Assembly: GCF_009914755.1 (NCBI RefSeq) | Contig: NC_060930.1 | Strand: one strand, 5' to 3' | DNA length: 64,000 bases | Source of the DNA: the human T2T-CHM13v2.0 reference genome, Homo sapiens | Part shown: piece by piece, positions 29,856 to 43,400 of the stretch | How the letters are laid out: the number at the start of each line of letters is the position of its first letter | How positions within the stretch are numbered: position 1 is the first letter of the stretch | Program-made: the position numbers and the translations under genes | Notes under the pieces: generated by a model | What the model saw: only the letters and a program-made list of their open reading frames with translations | Databases searched by the model: none | Told to the model about the DNA's origin: nothing

Positions 29856-30123
29856 GGCCGGGTGCTGTGGCTCATGCCTGTAATCCCAGCACTTTGGGAG
29901 GCCAAGGCGGATGGATCACGAGGTTAGGAGATCGAGACCATCCTGGCCAACATGGTGAAACCCTGTCTCTACTAAAAATACAAAAATTAACTGGGCGTGG
30001 TGTCATACCCCTTTAGTCCCAGCCTCTCAGGAGGCTGAGGCCGGAGAATTCCTTGAACCCACGAGGCAGAGATTGCAGTGAGCCAGGATTGCGCCACTGC
30101 ACTCTGGAGACAGAGTGAGACTC

Positions 30124-30154
<31 letters not shown>
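29856..30154 (+). mobile_element. AluS (AluSc-like)
   Basis: Full dimer with GGATCACGAGG and GAGACCATCCTGGCCAAC, long polyA, TSD-like AAAAGGAAAA(T/G)A. Confidence 0.88.
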
Positions 30155-30156
<2 letters not shown>

Positions 30157-30329
30157 AAAAGGAAAAGATATTGAGGTGAAATTGATATTCAGTAACACCT
30201 TCTGTTGAGGAATTTTCAGATTTCTAAACTTCATAAGGCAGAAAGCTTTGAAATCAAGGAGAATAAGCATTTTTAAAAATTGTTTTTTTTCTTGTCTGTA
30301 ATTTTACAGTGCTGGGGAGACAAAAATAG

Positions 30330-32685
30330 GAGGTTAAGTCCTGAAAAGAAGGAGGGATCCCCTCAAAACTCTAGAACTTGAGAACCCAGAAGGGTAATGT
30401 TCTAGGAGAAAGGTTTCACAAATTTTGAAACCCAGTCTCAAATCATCTTGATTCCTAATAAGACAAAGATGATCTGTCCTACTCAAATGGCCCGCTTGAA
30501 GAAAATATTATAATGTCTTCCAGAGCTTTTAAGTCATCATACTCTGTATTTAAATTTCAATTTAGAAAAATTACCATGCATGCTAGGAGACAGGAACAAA
30601 TTAACAAAATCCCAGAAAGAAAGAAATAACCGAAAGAAAGAGGTCCACAGATGATGAAATGCTAAAATTGAGATATTGAATTTTAAGGTATCTTTGAGTA
30701 ATACTCTCAAGAAAAAAACTCTCTGGACTACTTCACACAAAATGGAATCAATAAATAGAATAACATCAATATTCTGGAGCTATAATAACTCAATAGAAGG
30801 TTTTTAACAGCATATATACATAGCTGAAAATAGAACTAATGAACTGGAAGATAGATCAGTAACAATTATTAAGACTCGTAGTCAGGTCTGAATTTATGCT
30901 CTTGCCTTAAATAACTGGAAAACCAGAAAAAATACATAAGACAACTGTTTTCAGAGATTAGAAAATGGGTACCGAATCATGATCCCTGAGAGACAGTGGT
31001 GAGTGGGGAGGCTGAGATTGCTGCAGTTTACAGTGCAAAGTATGAGAGAGTTAAAAGCTGTCAAGAAAGAACTTCAGAAATCAATATGGTCCTGTACAAA
31101 CCTGTGCATGCATAAGGTAAAACTACATAAGCCTGATTAAAAAAAAAAAAAAAAAAAAACAAATTCTAAGGACAAAAATTTGCTGAGAAATGTTAAGCCA
31201 AAATTGTTTTAGACCTCATAAAAGGATGTGAATTGTTAAAATTCCCATTAGCTAGCATAAAGTAACATTATTGAAATCATTGTTTTGAAATATGGTGGGC
31301 TGAGATCCACTCTAAAATATAAATAAATGAAGTTTTAAAATGATCAAACTAGGTCACACATAACTTAACTGCCTTTTAGAACAACATCTAAAATACTTAA
31401 AGAGAATAAAACAAAATCCAGCACTCAATAATATAAAACTTATGGTATGTGTTATCAAATTGCTAGACATGAGAAGAAGCAAGCGATCTGCACAATATTA
31501 AAGAACCAAAAAGAATGACTAGAAAGAAAAAATATAAAATCTGAACCAAAACTTTCAGGATGGCATTAACATATTAGAGACTGAAGGAAAACAAAAGTCA
31601 GTGAACTTAATGGCGCAGCAATAGAAAGTACCCAATAATAGACAAAACAAAGAATAGACAAAACAAAATCAATGAGGGCTCAGTAACTTGTGAGACATTA
31701 TAAAGTAGTCTAACATAAGTGCAATTGGATTTCTAGAATGAAAGAGGAACAGAAAAATATTTGAAAAAGTAATTACTAAAAATATTTCAAATTTGATTTA
31801 AGAAGATATAAATCCACATATTAAAACATGCAACAAACTTCAAGCAAGGTAAGTCTAATGAAAACCATGCCAATGAATGTCATCATCAAACTGCTGACAA
31901 TCTGTGATGAAGCAACCAAAGAAAGATTATAGAAAAACAGTAAGAATTGTTATAAACTTAAAGAAGCCAAAAACCGTGGAATGATATATTAAAAATGCGA
32001 GGAGAAAAAAAAAACAAACTATCAACTTGTATGCCTATTAAAAGTGTCTTTCAAAAGCAAAAGAATATTTTTTTCAGGCAAGTGAAAGATGAGAGAATTC
32101 ATCACCAGCAGACCTGCACTACACAACATGCAAAAGGACGTTTTTCAGGCAGAAAATGACAGACAACTAGAAAGTTGAATCTATAGAAAGCAATGAAGAG
32201 CCCTGGGAATAGTAAATAAATAAGTAATGAAATAGTCTTTTTTCTCATTTAAAATGTTTAAAAATATAATGGAGTTTTCAAAAGAAAAAAGTAATGACAA
32301 TGTATTGGGTGCAAAAATGCATGCTAACAGTAGACAAATGAAAAGAGTAGAAATGGAAATATACACTTGTAAGAGTTTTAAGTTATTTAAAAAGTTGTAA
32401 AATATTGAAAGGAACACTCTGAAGTATGCATATTTTCAACCCTAGGGCAACCACTTTTCAAAAGAGGTATAGCTAATTTTCCAATAGTATAGACAAAATA
32501 CTTTGCAAAATATTTTGCAAATAGTATAGACAAAATGAGATGATAAAACATAGTCAAACAAAAGTAACAAAAGAAATAGGGAATAAAAACAGATGTAACA
32601 AATAGAAAATAAAAAGCAAGATGTTACATTAAACCCAATCATATTGGTTTTCATATTAAATGTAAATGGCTAAACAACCCAAATG
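30330..32685 (+). mobile_element. Ancient L1M 5' portion (ORF1 region to start of ORF2)
   Basis: A-rich ORF1-like text (GAGAGAATTCATCACCAGCAGACCTGCACTAC) ending in an ORF2-start-like ATTAAATGTAAATGGCTAAAC; boundaries approximate. Confidence 0.65.
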
Positions 32686-33437
32686 GAATGGATGGAGAGT
32701 TTGAATACATCTTTCTGATCATGTATAACAATAGTTCCAACACATTCCAGAGAAAATTCTGTAGGCTGAATTGAAGCATAGGCCATTTGTAAAAACTGAA
32801 GGGATCTGACTATCCCAAGTAGGATTTGGTTTCAGATTTGAAGTCCTGTCTGTGAATTATGCACAACATGTCAATGCAGTTTGTTGACTAGGTGACTTGT
32901 TCTTCCTATTATAACAGATTCACCTGCCTGTCTAGATAGGAGAATGGCTGACACAGAGAGGGCACTTAGTAAAGATTTGTTAAATAATTGAACAAATCTG
33001 GAAGAAGAATCATGCAATATGTCTTCTTGGGAAGGAAACAGAATGCTTTTGAGGACATAAGTGGTGTTTTCATCTCTTCTTTCAGTATAAGACCTTGATT
33101 TGGGGTAGATAAGGATAATATACTAGTTTTCAAGAAAGAAAAAACTATAATTATTATTTTTGTGCTCTGTGGCTGACAGTTGCAGATGATTTGCCACCTG
33201 ATAGGTGACAGAGTTCTGAGACATCAGGAAGAGTATATTTTGAAGTAGATTCAATAAGAATATAAAGTAACATTTGAAAAAGAATAATAATTTCAATCAA
33301 AATTGAAAGAAACTGGATACTACTCAGTTTAATAAAAGCAACATACATAGAATAATGAAGTCATGGAAGCAAGAATAAACTAGTTGTATGGTAAACTAGT
33401 AAAAACTATAAAACTGTGTCAAGAAAGTACCTAATAT

Positions 33438-33574
33438 GGCCACGTACAGTGGTGCATGCCTGTAATCCAAGTGATTTGGGAGGCAGAGGTGGGAGGATTT
33501 CTTGAGCCCAGGAGTTTGAGACCAGCCCGGGCAACATAGAGACACCTCATCTTTACAAAAAATTAAAAAAAAAA
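33438..33574 (+). mobile_element. FLAM_C / AluJ left monomer
   Basis: Single monomer with polyA; TSD AAGAAAGTACC(T/C)A(A/G)TA. Confidence 0.85.
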
Positions 33575-34329
33575 AAGAAAGTACCCAGTAATTCTAAGGA
33601 GAAAACAATACACATAAGTTACATATATACAAATGCACATACACACATATGTAATAATTAACCGTATTTTAAAAATAAATGTAAAATGCTAAAGAAAAAG
33701 CAATAACAGTCTTGGTATCGCTGAAATTGATCAGATTATTTAATGATTAAGTAGATCACTGAAACTTGTTTACAAAAAAATCTAATTTGTAGTTTTTCAT
33801 GGTGAGAGAGTATGCTTGTCTATGTGTGTGTGAATCCACAGGTCTAAATGAAGGAAGTAAGTAGAAATTATTTGAGAGAGAAACAGAAGTGAAGCAGTTA
33901 TCGGCATTTAATTTGACAGCCTGATCAGAAGGAAAGTGTGCTTTAAATTTTCCTATTATCAATAATAAGACTGGTCCAAAGGCAGAGGCAGTGATGAAGA
34001 ACAGCACTATTTGTTATATACCAGTAGTCTAAAATACATTTGATGTGTTTTCACTCTCATAATTTCTCATAAAGGTAAGGAAGCAGTGTGATAAATTCTA
34101 CTGTTTTGTACGAGAACTTGTACATAAAGTAGAAGTGATGTTAACCTTTTGAGAAAATAATATTTTTATGTTAGAATTTTAAATAGTTACATAAATGCAT
34201 AGCCAAATATGATCACCATATAATTTCAGTCAGTAGATTTCAGAGTTCAGAGAAATATGGGTATAATTCCATGTTCAGGGACTCTTAAGATGAATATAGT
34301 TAGAAAATGATGGAGGGTTAAAAAAGGAA

Positions 34330-35105
34330 TTTTGATTTATAATTTTAAAAAGCTGTAGTGAGAAAGGCAAGAGATGTGGCATGCTACTAGTGTGCAGCTC
34401 CATGTGTTACCCACACCTGGAAAGCATATCGACACAAGAGGTGGTATAAGGAGTTTAGAACCAAGAATGAGTTCAAATACATAACATATTTCTGAAAGCA
34501 ATGCCAAAACTAGTACAAAAAATTATAATCTTCATAGAAAACTCATTTTAAAAAAGAGCCCTGGGGAGCAAAATTTAGGGCAAGTTAGGGCAAGAAGAGG
34601 AATAGGACCACTGCCTTTGGTAAAATGTTTTATGAACAACAACAAAAAATTTTCTCAATTCCTGTGTTGCTTTGCTGTGCTCATTTAAGGAACAATTTAT
34701 TTCTACAAAATAAATTACAGTTCATATATAAACTATAATTAATTAAGAACTAATTAAAGATGACTATTTCTATGGGGAGAGGGCTAGAAATCATGAAGAA
34801 TGATAGAATTGAGTATGCTTAAATTAGAAAAGGTGAAATTTAAGGATACCATTATAGTTGTTTTCAATATTTTGAAGATCAGGCATGCAAAGATGTATTC
34901 TGTTCATAGTAAGCAATATAATATAGTAGACTGCCAAGTAGGCAGTCTCTGATTGTATAAAGGGCAGTGATTTATCAGTTGGAAAGGATTTTCAACTAAG
35001 CAAGTAAGGTCTTCTTCAGCAGAAGTCTTTCAGCAGACTCTTCAAAAGGCAGAAATGGATTTATTCCATGGAAGACAAGATGCCTGTTAAGATCTCTTTC
35101 ATTTC
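34330..35105 (+). mobile_element. L3/CR1 3' remnants
   Basis: Degenerate CR1-like segments (GTGCAGCTCC...CCACACCTGGAAAGCATATCGACA; TTCAATATTTTGAAG; CTTCAGCAGAAGTCTTTCAGCAGA). Confidence 0.5.
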
Positions 35106-35347
35106 TCCTGCTAGAGGATATTGTGAGGTTAGATGATATCACAGTGACAAGTCAGTGTGGGAAACAGAACTAAAGATAATGGTTTAATTAACTAGACTCA
35201 AAGGTCAAACACCTGAAACTGAATGAGGGTCTGGGTAACCAATTCTATACTGCAATTTTCTGAAGTGAGTAGCAGAAAGACAGAAACAAGGGAAAGACCA
35301 GCAGTGAGCAGAAGTCCAGGTGACTTCAAGAACTCTTGTTGAATTGA

Positions 35348-35401
35348 GACATTCAAGACATTCCTGACATTCAAGACATTCCTGACATTCAAGACATTCC
35401 T
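35348..35401. repeat. Perfect tandem repeat (GACATTCAAGACATTCCT)x3
   Basis: Three exact 18-bp units, each made of two 9-bp subunits. Confidence 0.95.
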
Positions 35402-35663
35402 GTCTTCCTTCATAGGGTGGAAGAAGCATTAATGTTAATGCTTTTTTGGAAGGAAGTATGAAATGGACTGAAATATTTTACTTGGTCTAGAGACTGAGGC
35501 AAGAATTGGAGACTTACCTTTTGACATTCTCCAAGACAGATTCAATGAAAGTTACAATAAAATCAATAAACTTAGAGCTAATCAAATAAATATAACATAC
35601 AACTTTTGCAAGTCATGTATGCTATAGTAGTGCCTAAAGAACCCAGTTTTATCATACGTATTC

Positions 35664-35940
35664 TAGTAGCTAACATTTATTGAGTTCTTGTGTATATTTT
35701 GTGTGTATTAAACTATTTACATGTGTGTATTAAACTATTTACAAACATAAGATACTCTCATAATTTTATCTTTTATTAACTCCATGAAATAGAAACAATT
35801 ACCATCATAATTTTACAAATAAGGAAACTTCAACTTAAAGAGATCAAGTAATTTATCTAAGAGCAGTGCCCCAGAGTATTATAAACAGGATTTATGTCTC
35901 AGTTTGTCTGATACCACAGAGCCTTCATCTTTAACCTGTA
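35664..35940 (-). mobile_element. MIR, with a 22-bp tandem duplication at 35700-35743
   Basis: TAGCTAACATTTATTGAG...ATTTTACAAATAAGGAAACT core; TGTGTGTATTAAACTATTTACA occurs twice. Confidence 0.75.
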
Positions 35941-35989
35941 GGTGATAATGGTGTTGTATTACTGATCTGGTTGGAAATCAAACAACTCT

Positions 35990-36680
35990 GAATTGCAGCT
36001 CTGGGAAACAAAGAAATGGAAACCTACTCAAGACGGCCTGTGTGCCTTTTAGGAGGTTGGCAGTCAAATGTGGCACCAAACTCTGGATCCAATCAAATGT
36101 TTGGTACTGTCCAACCTTCCATATGGTTGGGAGGTCTGGATCTGTCACAGATGTCGCAGGCAGCTTCCCGCATCACCTGCAAGACATATGTGACATAAAT
36201 GGGAAAGCAGGATTACTAAAAGTGTGCCCCCAGCTGGGCCTATAACTGAAGCGAAGATCAGCACAGCAGCAAGCATGGGAACTGGGCAAACCTGGGGGAT
36301 GGTTCACTTTAAGGCCCTGAGTCAGCTGCTCAACAGTGAGCCGAAATGGGGGCATTGTGAGTAGGAGTAGGCAGGGCTGGCAAAAGAAAGGCTCCAAGGA
36401 CACATTGAATCACAACTTCTAACAATGTGGCATGGCTGTGCAAACAACATCAGACAGGCCAAACTTACATGCAAAAAATCAAAGACTGAGTGACTCTTTT
36501 TGGGCAAATGTGTCTGGCAGCCTACAAGGAGGAAAGGCAGGGCTGCAAGTACAATATGCTCTACAGACAGAGGAGAGAGTCCCAGCCCAAAGACAGCTTC
36601 CATGTGTATGAAGTGTGGAAAATCTGAGACATGCACTGGGCTCTTCAGCCACATTCTCACCCTTGGAAAGCAATCAGCCA
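35990..36680 (+). mobile_element. RTE-clade LINE fossil (MamRTE1-like), C-terminal ORF region
   Basis: Manual translation gives ordered RTE-like motifs: KTACVPFRRL, VLSNLPYGWEVWICHR (36104), QLLNSEPKWG (36323), GWQKKGSKDTLNHNF*QCG (36375), RRKGRAAST, CMKCGK...GLFSHILT (36605). Confidence 0.8.
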
Positions 36681-39109
36681 GCAGAAAAATCTCCAATTTA
36701 AATGACAGCAAAATGTATGCTTGGAGTTATCTGACCAAATTAGCAACTGAGATATTCTAGGGACTTAATTTGCACATTGAGTTTTAATAGTATTATATTT
36801 GTATAGCAGATTATATAACCAAAAATGTTAATGGGAAAATGATTTTATTTGACTGGGAAATTGGCACCCCGACTAATTGTCTGAAAAGAAGCCAATTTTA
36901 AAATTCAGATGCTATTTGAATGAACTGGTATTGGCTGAATTAGGATTTATTGTGTAAAATATGCAGTTTTTAAAAATAGTCTAAGGAAAGAAAAAAGGAC
37001 TCAATGAACGAAGTTTGCATACTTCACTATGTTCTGGGATAGGTTTTGCAACGGTACAAACAAGATGATCATAAAGAATATTGGGGTTGGAGTAGGGGTG
37101 GAGGAAGATGAAAAAGTGACCTGAAATGAACATACGTTATGAATGTGTATGTGGTCAGAGTAAATAGGATGGCTTGTCATCTGTCTATAATTTAGCCAGA
37201 TAGCAACTCTTTACTAAAATATTTGATTACCTTTTTATAAATAACTTGGAGTTTCATGTGCCTATTTCATATAGATTAGGATAAAGTGCCATACATATTT
37301 AGGAATGACCATGTTTTTGGTATGCTATTTGTAGCACTTAACACATTAAGAAAATTGTAAGCTTGCAATTAACTCTGGCAATAATTTTTTTTATGAAATG
37401 TATTAGCTGCAACTGGCTAAGACTAAATAAGAAATTAGATTGTGTGACAATCATAGGAGAAAGCTTTGCGAGTAATACACTTTATTCTGTTGAAAAGTCT
37501 TTTTTCTTAGTCAATTGAAATGGCCTTATTGTTCTGGCTACCACCTCCTCCTCCTGAAGAAGCTTAGATCTTCTAAATAACAGGTGAAAATGCACTTTTC
37601 ATTTATTACTTGCCTTCAGGATGTGGAAAGCACAAGGTTTCCTTAGAAAACCAGGCCTTTTCCTCTCCACCCCACCCCCTACCAGCCCTACACTTTAAGA
37701 CAACATCTTCAAGTTGCCATAGACCAACTGTGAGTGTTAAATGAATATCTTTGACAGGAGCTAAGTCTTTTGGGCATTGAAATAAGGTTTTCCTCCTCTC
37801 TTGGCATGTGAAGATTGAGAGTGTGCTTTGACACCAGTAGCAGAGGATGTGAGCAAAGCAACCTTCAGAGCATCAGAAGTGTCAGCAAAAGGAAAAATCA
37901 GCACAAGTAGAAAGCATCAAGGTAATTTCCCCACCTGTAGTATTCCATGAAGTCAGTCAGCTCATCACCACTTTTGTCTGACGGAACCTCCCTCTCTATT
38001 GTTAAATGCCACATAAACTATCTGTCAGCCTCTAGGGCAGTTCACTTCTCTTACACAGAAAGAAACACAAAGGTACAAACAAAAGCAGCAACATATTGAG
38101 CTAAAATAAAAGTTAAAAAATAGTATTTCATACTTCATTCATAAGTATATATATTGGGCAAATTTCCCTGGAATATCATATAGCCAGAATACCTACTATG
38201 TTTGATTCCATTTCTTCAAGAGTTGAAACAATCTATTCCTGTGTGGAGAAGGGTTTTCTCCTATTTATCTGGTGCTTTTATTTTAGATTTGGAACCAAAA
38301 ACTATGATTATATTTCTGCATTGTGAATGTATTAAATATTTCATTGTTGATGCTAAAGTTTCTTAAACATATTAATATATAAGTATACCTATCATAAGTT
38401 GAAAGCTGCTGAATTTTTTCAAATAGTACACATCCATGTATCTAGTACCTAGATTAAGGAACAGAAAATTCCTCGTGCTAAGTTTTTCAATAGTTGCATT
38501 TTCCAAATGCTTTCATTTCTGTGGCTTTTCCATTTTTGGAAAAAAAAAATGTTACCACATTAGAGTGGCAACACCTGCATTCAAACATCTATTTCCTCAA
38601 TATATTCCCTAATAGCATCATCAAATAATTTTCATTAATGTTTAATTCATTGCACATAGCAACCTGTATAACTATAGGAAAGGACATAAATTAGCATTAC
38701 ACAGTATGAACATTTGCTACATGGCAAAACTGTTCCTTTTGGCAAACATTTTGCATTTTTAAAGCCACAAGCACCCTGCTGAACAGAACTCCAAACAGAG
38801 GAGTAGCAAAATGGGAGGAAGGTGCTGTGACTAAATGAAGGAAGGCTGAGGGGTTAAAATCATTGCTGGGTGATTTCACCACTACTGCCCCATATTCATA
38901 CTCTCGGTAAATGAATGAGGAGAGCCCCATGTGGGATTACAAACTTGCTGGAAATGGATGAGAAACCTTCTGCTCTGCTGGAGTTTGTAAGTAGTTTCTA
39001 AGGGCTGATTTCTGCACAAGTGAAATTGATTGGATTGTTTTATTTTTCTTCTGGCAAGAAATGTTTTTCATCTCTGCATATTCCTCTCCCTGTTTTCTTG
39101 GGTTGGCTT

Positions 39110-39355
39110 GACGACAAAACCTTCTGCAAGACCCAGAAACAAGTCATCTCTTCTGTGAAGCCTTCTTGATTACACTGCCTCGGTCCTTGCCCCTTCGTGG
39201 ATTATGTGGCATTATCCTCCCTAATAACTTGTACAATACCTTAAAGCTTCTCATAGTAAACTCTCTCAGTCTCTGCTACTCACTCATTCCCTAGGTTGTG
39301 AGCTTCTAGAGGACACAACTTGTGTCTTTTCAACTTTGTGTGTCACCGTCCTGGT
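39110..39355 (+). mobile_element. L2 fragment
   Basis: TCATCTCTTCTGTGAAGCCTTC...GTTGTGAGCTTCTAGAGGACA resembles the L2 3' region. Confidence 0.6.
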
Positions 39356-40058
39356 TGCTTTACTTCTAATTCCACTGCTTCTAACCTAGATGTAAATAGA
39401 AACTCAGTTCCAGGTATGAACGGCCATAGGCAGATGACTTACTTGTGAGGGTTAGACCACCATAGGCCATCATCATCTGGAGTTCCCTCCTGTTAGCAAA
39501 GTTGTTTCTTCAGGCTGATCTACTAATTGTTTACCCACAACCCACTTCTGAGCTGGGGATGAGTGACCACCTGCCTAGATTTTCTTGTTAAGCATCATAA
39601 TGAAAGAAAAGAGACAGCGTTTGCTATTAAAGTATTTTCTTAAAAAATGGTATTCTAGAAAAAATAATTGTCTTTCTCTTGCAAGGAAAGAGGAAAATAA
39701 AAGCCCATGCACCATAATCAACAAACATTTAATTGACCAACACTTCCTTTTCACTTACTTCCCTTTTTAAAAATAAGAAGTAGGTAACAAGGATAACACA
39801 AACAGTAATCTCTTCTAACCCTGTTAATGTTGATGAAATAAAAGGAAAAGAAAGGAAATAGCTGAAATCTGTTGTCCTTCCTTGGAGTTTGGGGTGGCCT
39901 CCATCTTTTTCTCCCCTTTCTTGAAGTCAGTCAGAGGTGCTTTTGCCTTTCTTTCTACAGCCTACCTTTTAAAGCCTTATTTTCTAGAGAATGGACATAC
40001 ACGTGTGATAATCATGGTATTTCCTCTGAATGGTGTATTACAATTTGATTAGTAAATC

Positions 40059-40063
40059 ATATA

Positions 40064-40094
<31 letters not shown>
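40059..40094. repeat. (AT)n followed by polyT microsatellite
   Basis: Directly visible. Confidence 0.9.
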
Positions 40095-40199
40095 ACTGCT
40101 TGGAGATACTGTAAAAAAAATTCAATGCAATTGGAATATATTCAAATGAATATATATTGAGGCATTGAAAGCACTGAGTTATCAATACTAGAAGTGTTA

Positions 40200-40405
40200 T
40201 ACACAAGTCAGACTGCCTAGGTTTAATTCGGGCTTCTGGTTAAAATGCAATTGCTTTTGGGCAAGTTATTTAACCTTTCATCTGAATAATTGGGATAATA
40301 AAATACATCTCTTAAGTTGTGAGAATTAGATATGTCAGTATATTTAAAGCTCTTATAACAGTGTATAGAACATGATAAATGTTCCATAAATATTCCCTAT
40401 TATGT
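40200..40405 (+). mobile_element. MIR
   Basis: AGTCAGACTGCCTAGGTTT...TTGGGCAAGTTATTTAACCT...GGGATAATAA. Confidence 0.75.
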
Positions 40406-43400
40406 AATAATAACTATTTTATTATGTATGATATGCTAGTACTACTACTAAATAATTAAATCAAAAAGGACAAGAGATATCAAAATGAAACATTTGAGTG
40501 TAGTGTGTAAAAATGGATATGCCTGTTAACAGCTAGGTCTTTCATGTTCTTGAATCATTTTAAGCAAAAAAGATTTTCTTTATTCAATAATCATAAATAG
40601 CGACTCTCAGGGAGAACAGAATTCCTATATTGTTCTTTGTTACTCTCCTTTCATATAGCAGCTATATTTAATAGCTACTCTGTTATTAAGTGTATTTTAA
40701 ACAGCTATTATGTAAGTGACCTATATGAAAGAGTTTTATTCAACCAAATTTTGTGCCCTTTAGTAAAATATTTTTATATAATAATTAATAAAAGTTCTAT
40801 TTGTTGATAACTTTTAGAAATAGGCTTTGTAACACAGTGAAAATATGCTAACATAATCAAGATCATGTCTCTTAAAAAAAAACCCAAAAACTTAAATAAG
40901 GTTTAAGATCCTTGTTCTCAGAATTGGGGAGCTTAAAAATAGTTTTGGCAACATTTGTGGTACGGTGGTTTTGGCTACCATGTTTTCCCCATTTTATTGC
41001 CTGAAATGCCTTTCCTCAAAGTTTTCAGATTTGGTGATTTGCTTTCTGAATAGAAATATGAGGATCTTCCATCAAAAAGATTCAGTGCAATTCTTTTATC
41101 AGAGTGTGAGTTGCTAGCTACAAGAAACAGATGCCTTTTTTTTTGCATTGCACCATTTACAAAATGTACTCATACCAAACAATAAAAAAAAAATCCCTCA
41201 GATAAGCCTCAGATAAACCGTATAGAAAGATGAATAACACAGAGATTATAAGTTGGTTTAGAATGCAAAGATATATAACGAATATCAAAGAAGCATCAAT
41301 TCCTGGTATGGAAATAATGGCATTAAGCAAACTTACTCCTTTTCCTTTCAGTAGGTTAAAAATGGACACATTGTAATTAAAATTATTTGAAATGGAAAAC
41401 GAACTTAAATCTTCTGTCCTAAAAGTTGACTATGAGTTTTTCTATGAATACTAGTTTTCACCGTCTCGAAAACTTTCACATTAAGAGCATTTGAAAGCAA
41501 ATAAACAGTAATTATTATTGACCTTTTTATAATGGTCAGAATCTGGAAGTAATAAACTCTGTTTAAATCTTTATAGGAACTGAAGTAACTAAGGAGTTTC
41601 ATCCTAATTAGGATGTTTTCGTTGTGTAGTTATATATGTTGATTCTGAAAACATTGATCTTGCCGAAAGAAAGGAAAAGAATGGTAGAGATGCAGGCAGA
41701 CTGAAGCAACAGAGCAACACATTTCCATAACTAATAATCTTTCATAGATATATTGGTTCTGATAGGAGTCCAGATAGACGCCTGAAAAGATTGAATCAAA
41801 TTGGGCCAGTTTAAAGTGGGGAGTGGGTATCACTGCAAGTTGGACTAGATCATTATGGTTGATGACAAGTTACTGTTATTTTGACTGAGAATATCATTAT
41901 GTAATATATTACTTAAATTGTTGAGCCTTTTATTTAACTTTCATCAGTTGCAAACTTGGGGGGTAGTTATGCTTGCTTTTGGTCATTGCTAAAACTCTTA
42001 CTGTTTCTCTGGGAACCACATTCTCTGTGCTTTTTCGCCTTCCCTGTTCTGCCTCCCCTTTTCTTGAAGTGTTTCTTTTGTTTGTCTCCATTACACCAGC
42101 ACGCAGGGACACAGTGTTTCTGCACAGTGGGAGTTGGCAATCTCCGAAGAGCCTTTCCAGCATTGCTTTTTAGAATGAAATCATTACAATCTTCAATAGC
42201 TACTTGGATTTAAAAAAAAGGAAAGAAAGAAACTAGCACATTATTATTCTCAAAACCATCTCAATGTAAAAAGAGGCTATTTGCTTGGTCCTCCTCAACT
42301 CCCCCCTTCCCCCATCCTCCTGCAATCCTTGCTCATCTTGCTCCTTTTCTCTCTGGATGTGTTTCCTTCACACCTAAGTTTCGTTTGCATGGTCCTGATT
42401 CACTAACTCTATTCAAACCGAGTACACAAATACATTTTTTTCTGTTGGTTTTGAATATTTTTACACTGCTTATGCAAAGGAGTATAGTCAGATGTATCTT
42501 GCATTCGTTGATACTTGAATTATTACCTTCGAGAATGTGAAATATCCTGGTACTGACCCATGGTAATTTTTCAAACCCAGGAGTTATTAGCATATGTCTA
42601 GTTGATGGGAAAGTTGTTTTAGTAATGCCTGCAACTAATTTTTAAGCAGGTGAGAATTCTTGTTTATCGTTACTCATGTATCAAACACTCCTACCCTGTG
42701 CTTTTCTCCAGGTCCTGAGTGCTTGCTTTTCATCAGTAGTAACATTTGTTTTATACACATGCCCAGGAGTGACCCTAGGTGCACAGTGGAAACTCAGGGC
42801 ATGAGGAGCTGTTTGCAATGCCTTCACCCTGTGAAAGGGATTAGTGTATGCCAACACGTAATATTTCCAACAGAGGTTTGTATGGTGTCGTCATACGATT
42901 TATTTGTTCTCTTCGCTGAGCATAACTATAAATAATGAAAGGGAATGGCATGAAAACAAAGGAGAGTAATTTATGTACTTTATCAAACAAGCACAACCAA
43001 TTTATATCCTATATGCTATCCAGATGTATGTATATTCAAATAAAATCAAAATAATATGTTTTCATTGTTAACTAAATGTAAAAAATGCACTAAAAAGAAA
43101 CTATAACCAACATGTAATACTTTGTTATTGATGTTTCAGATTTTTATATCTTTTAAAATAAGTGCTCCATGAAATAGGATAGAGTATATGTGGTCTTACT
43201 TGAAGCTACAGTGTTCCCTGGACATGCCATAGAGTTTTCCCAGAAGATGTCAGTAAAGCTACTCCATCCTTCCATCTCTAGTCATTGAGCTTCAAACAAA
43301 ATAACCAGTAAAGAGTTAGTAGTTTTTTTGTTTTTGCTCACATTGTTTCTTATCTCTAACATACTTTGATCTTTTCATCAGATTAGAAATAATTGGTGAA

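Noticed and set aside
35198-35429. ORFs with RNVLNV / ECLECQ repeats resembling Cys-rich motifs
   Set aside because: Artefact of the 18-bp tandem repeat.
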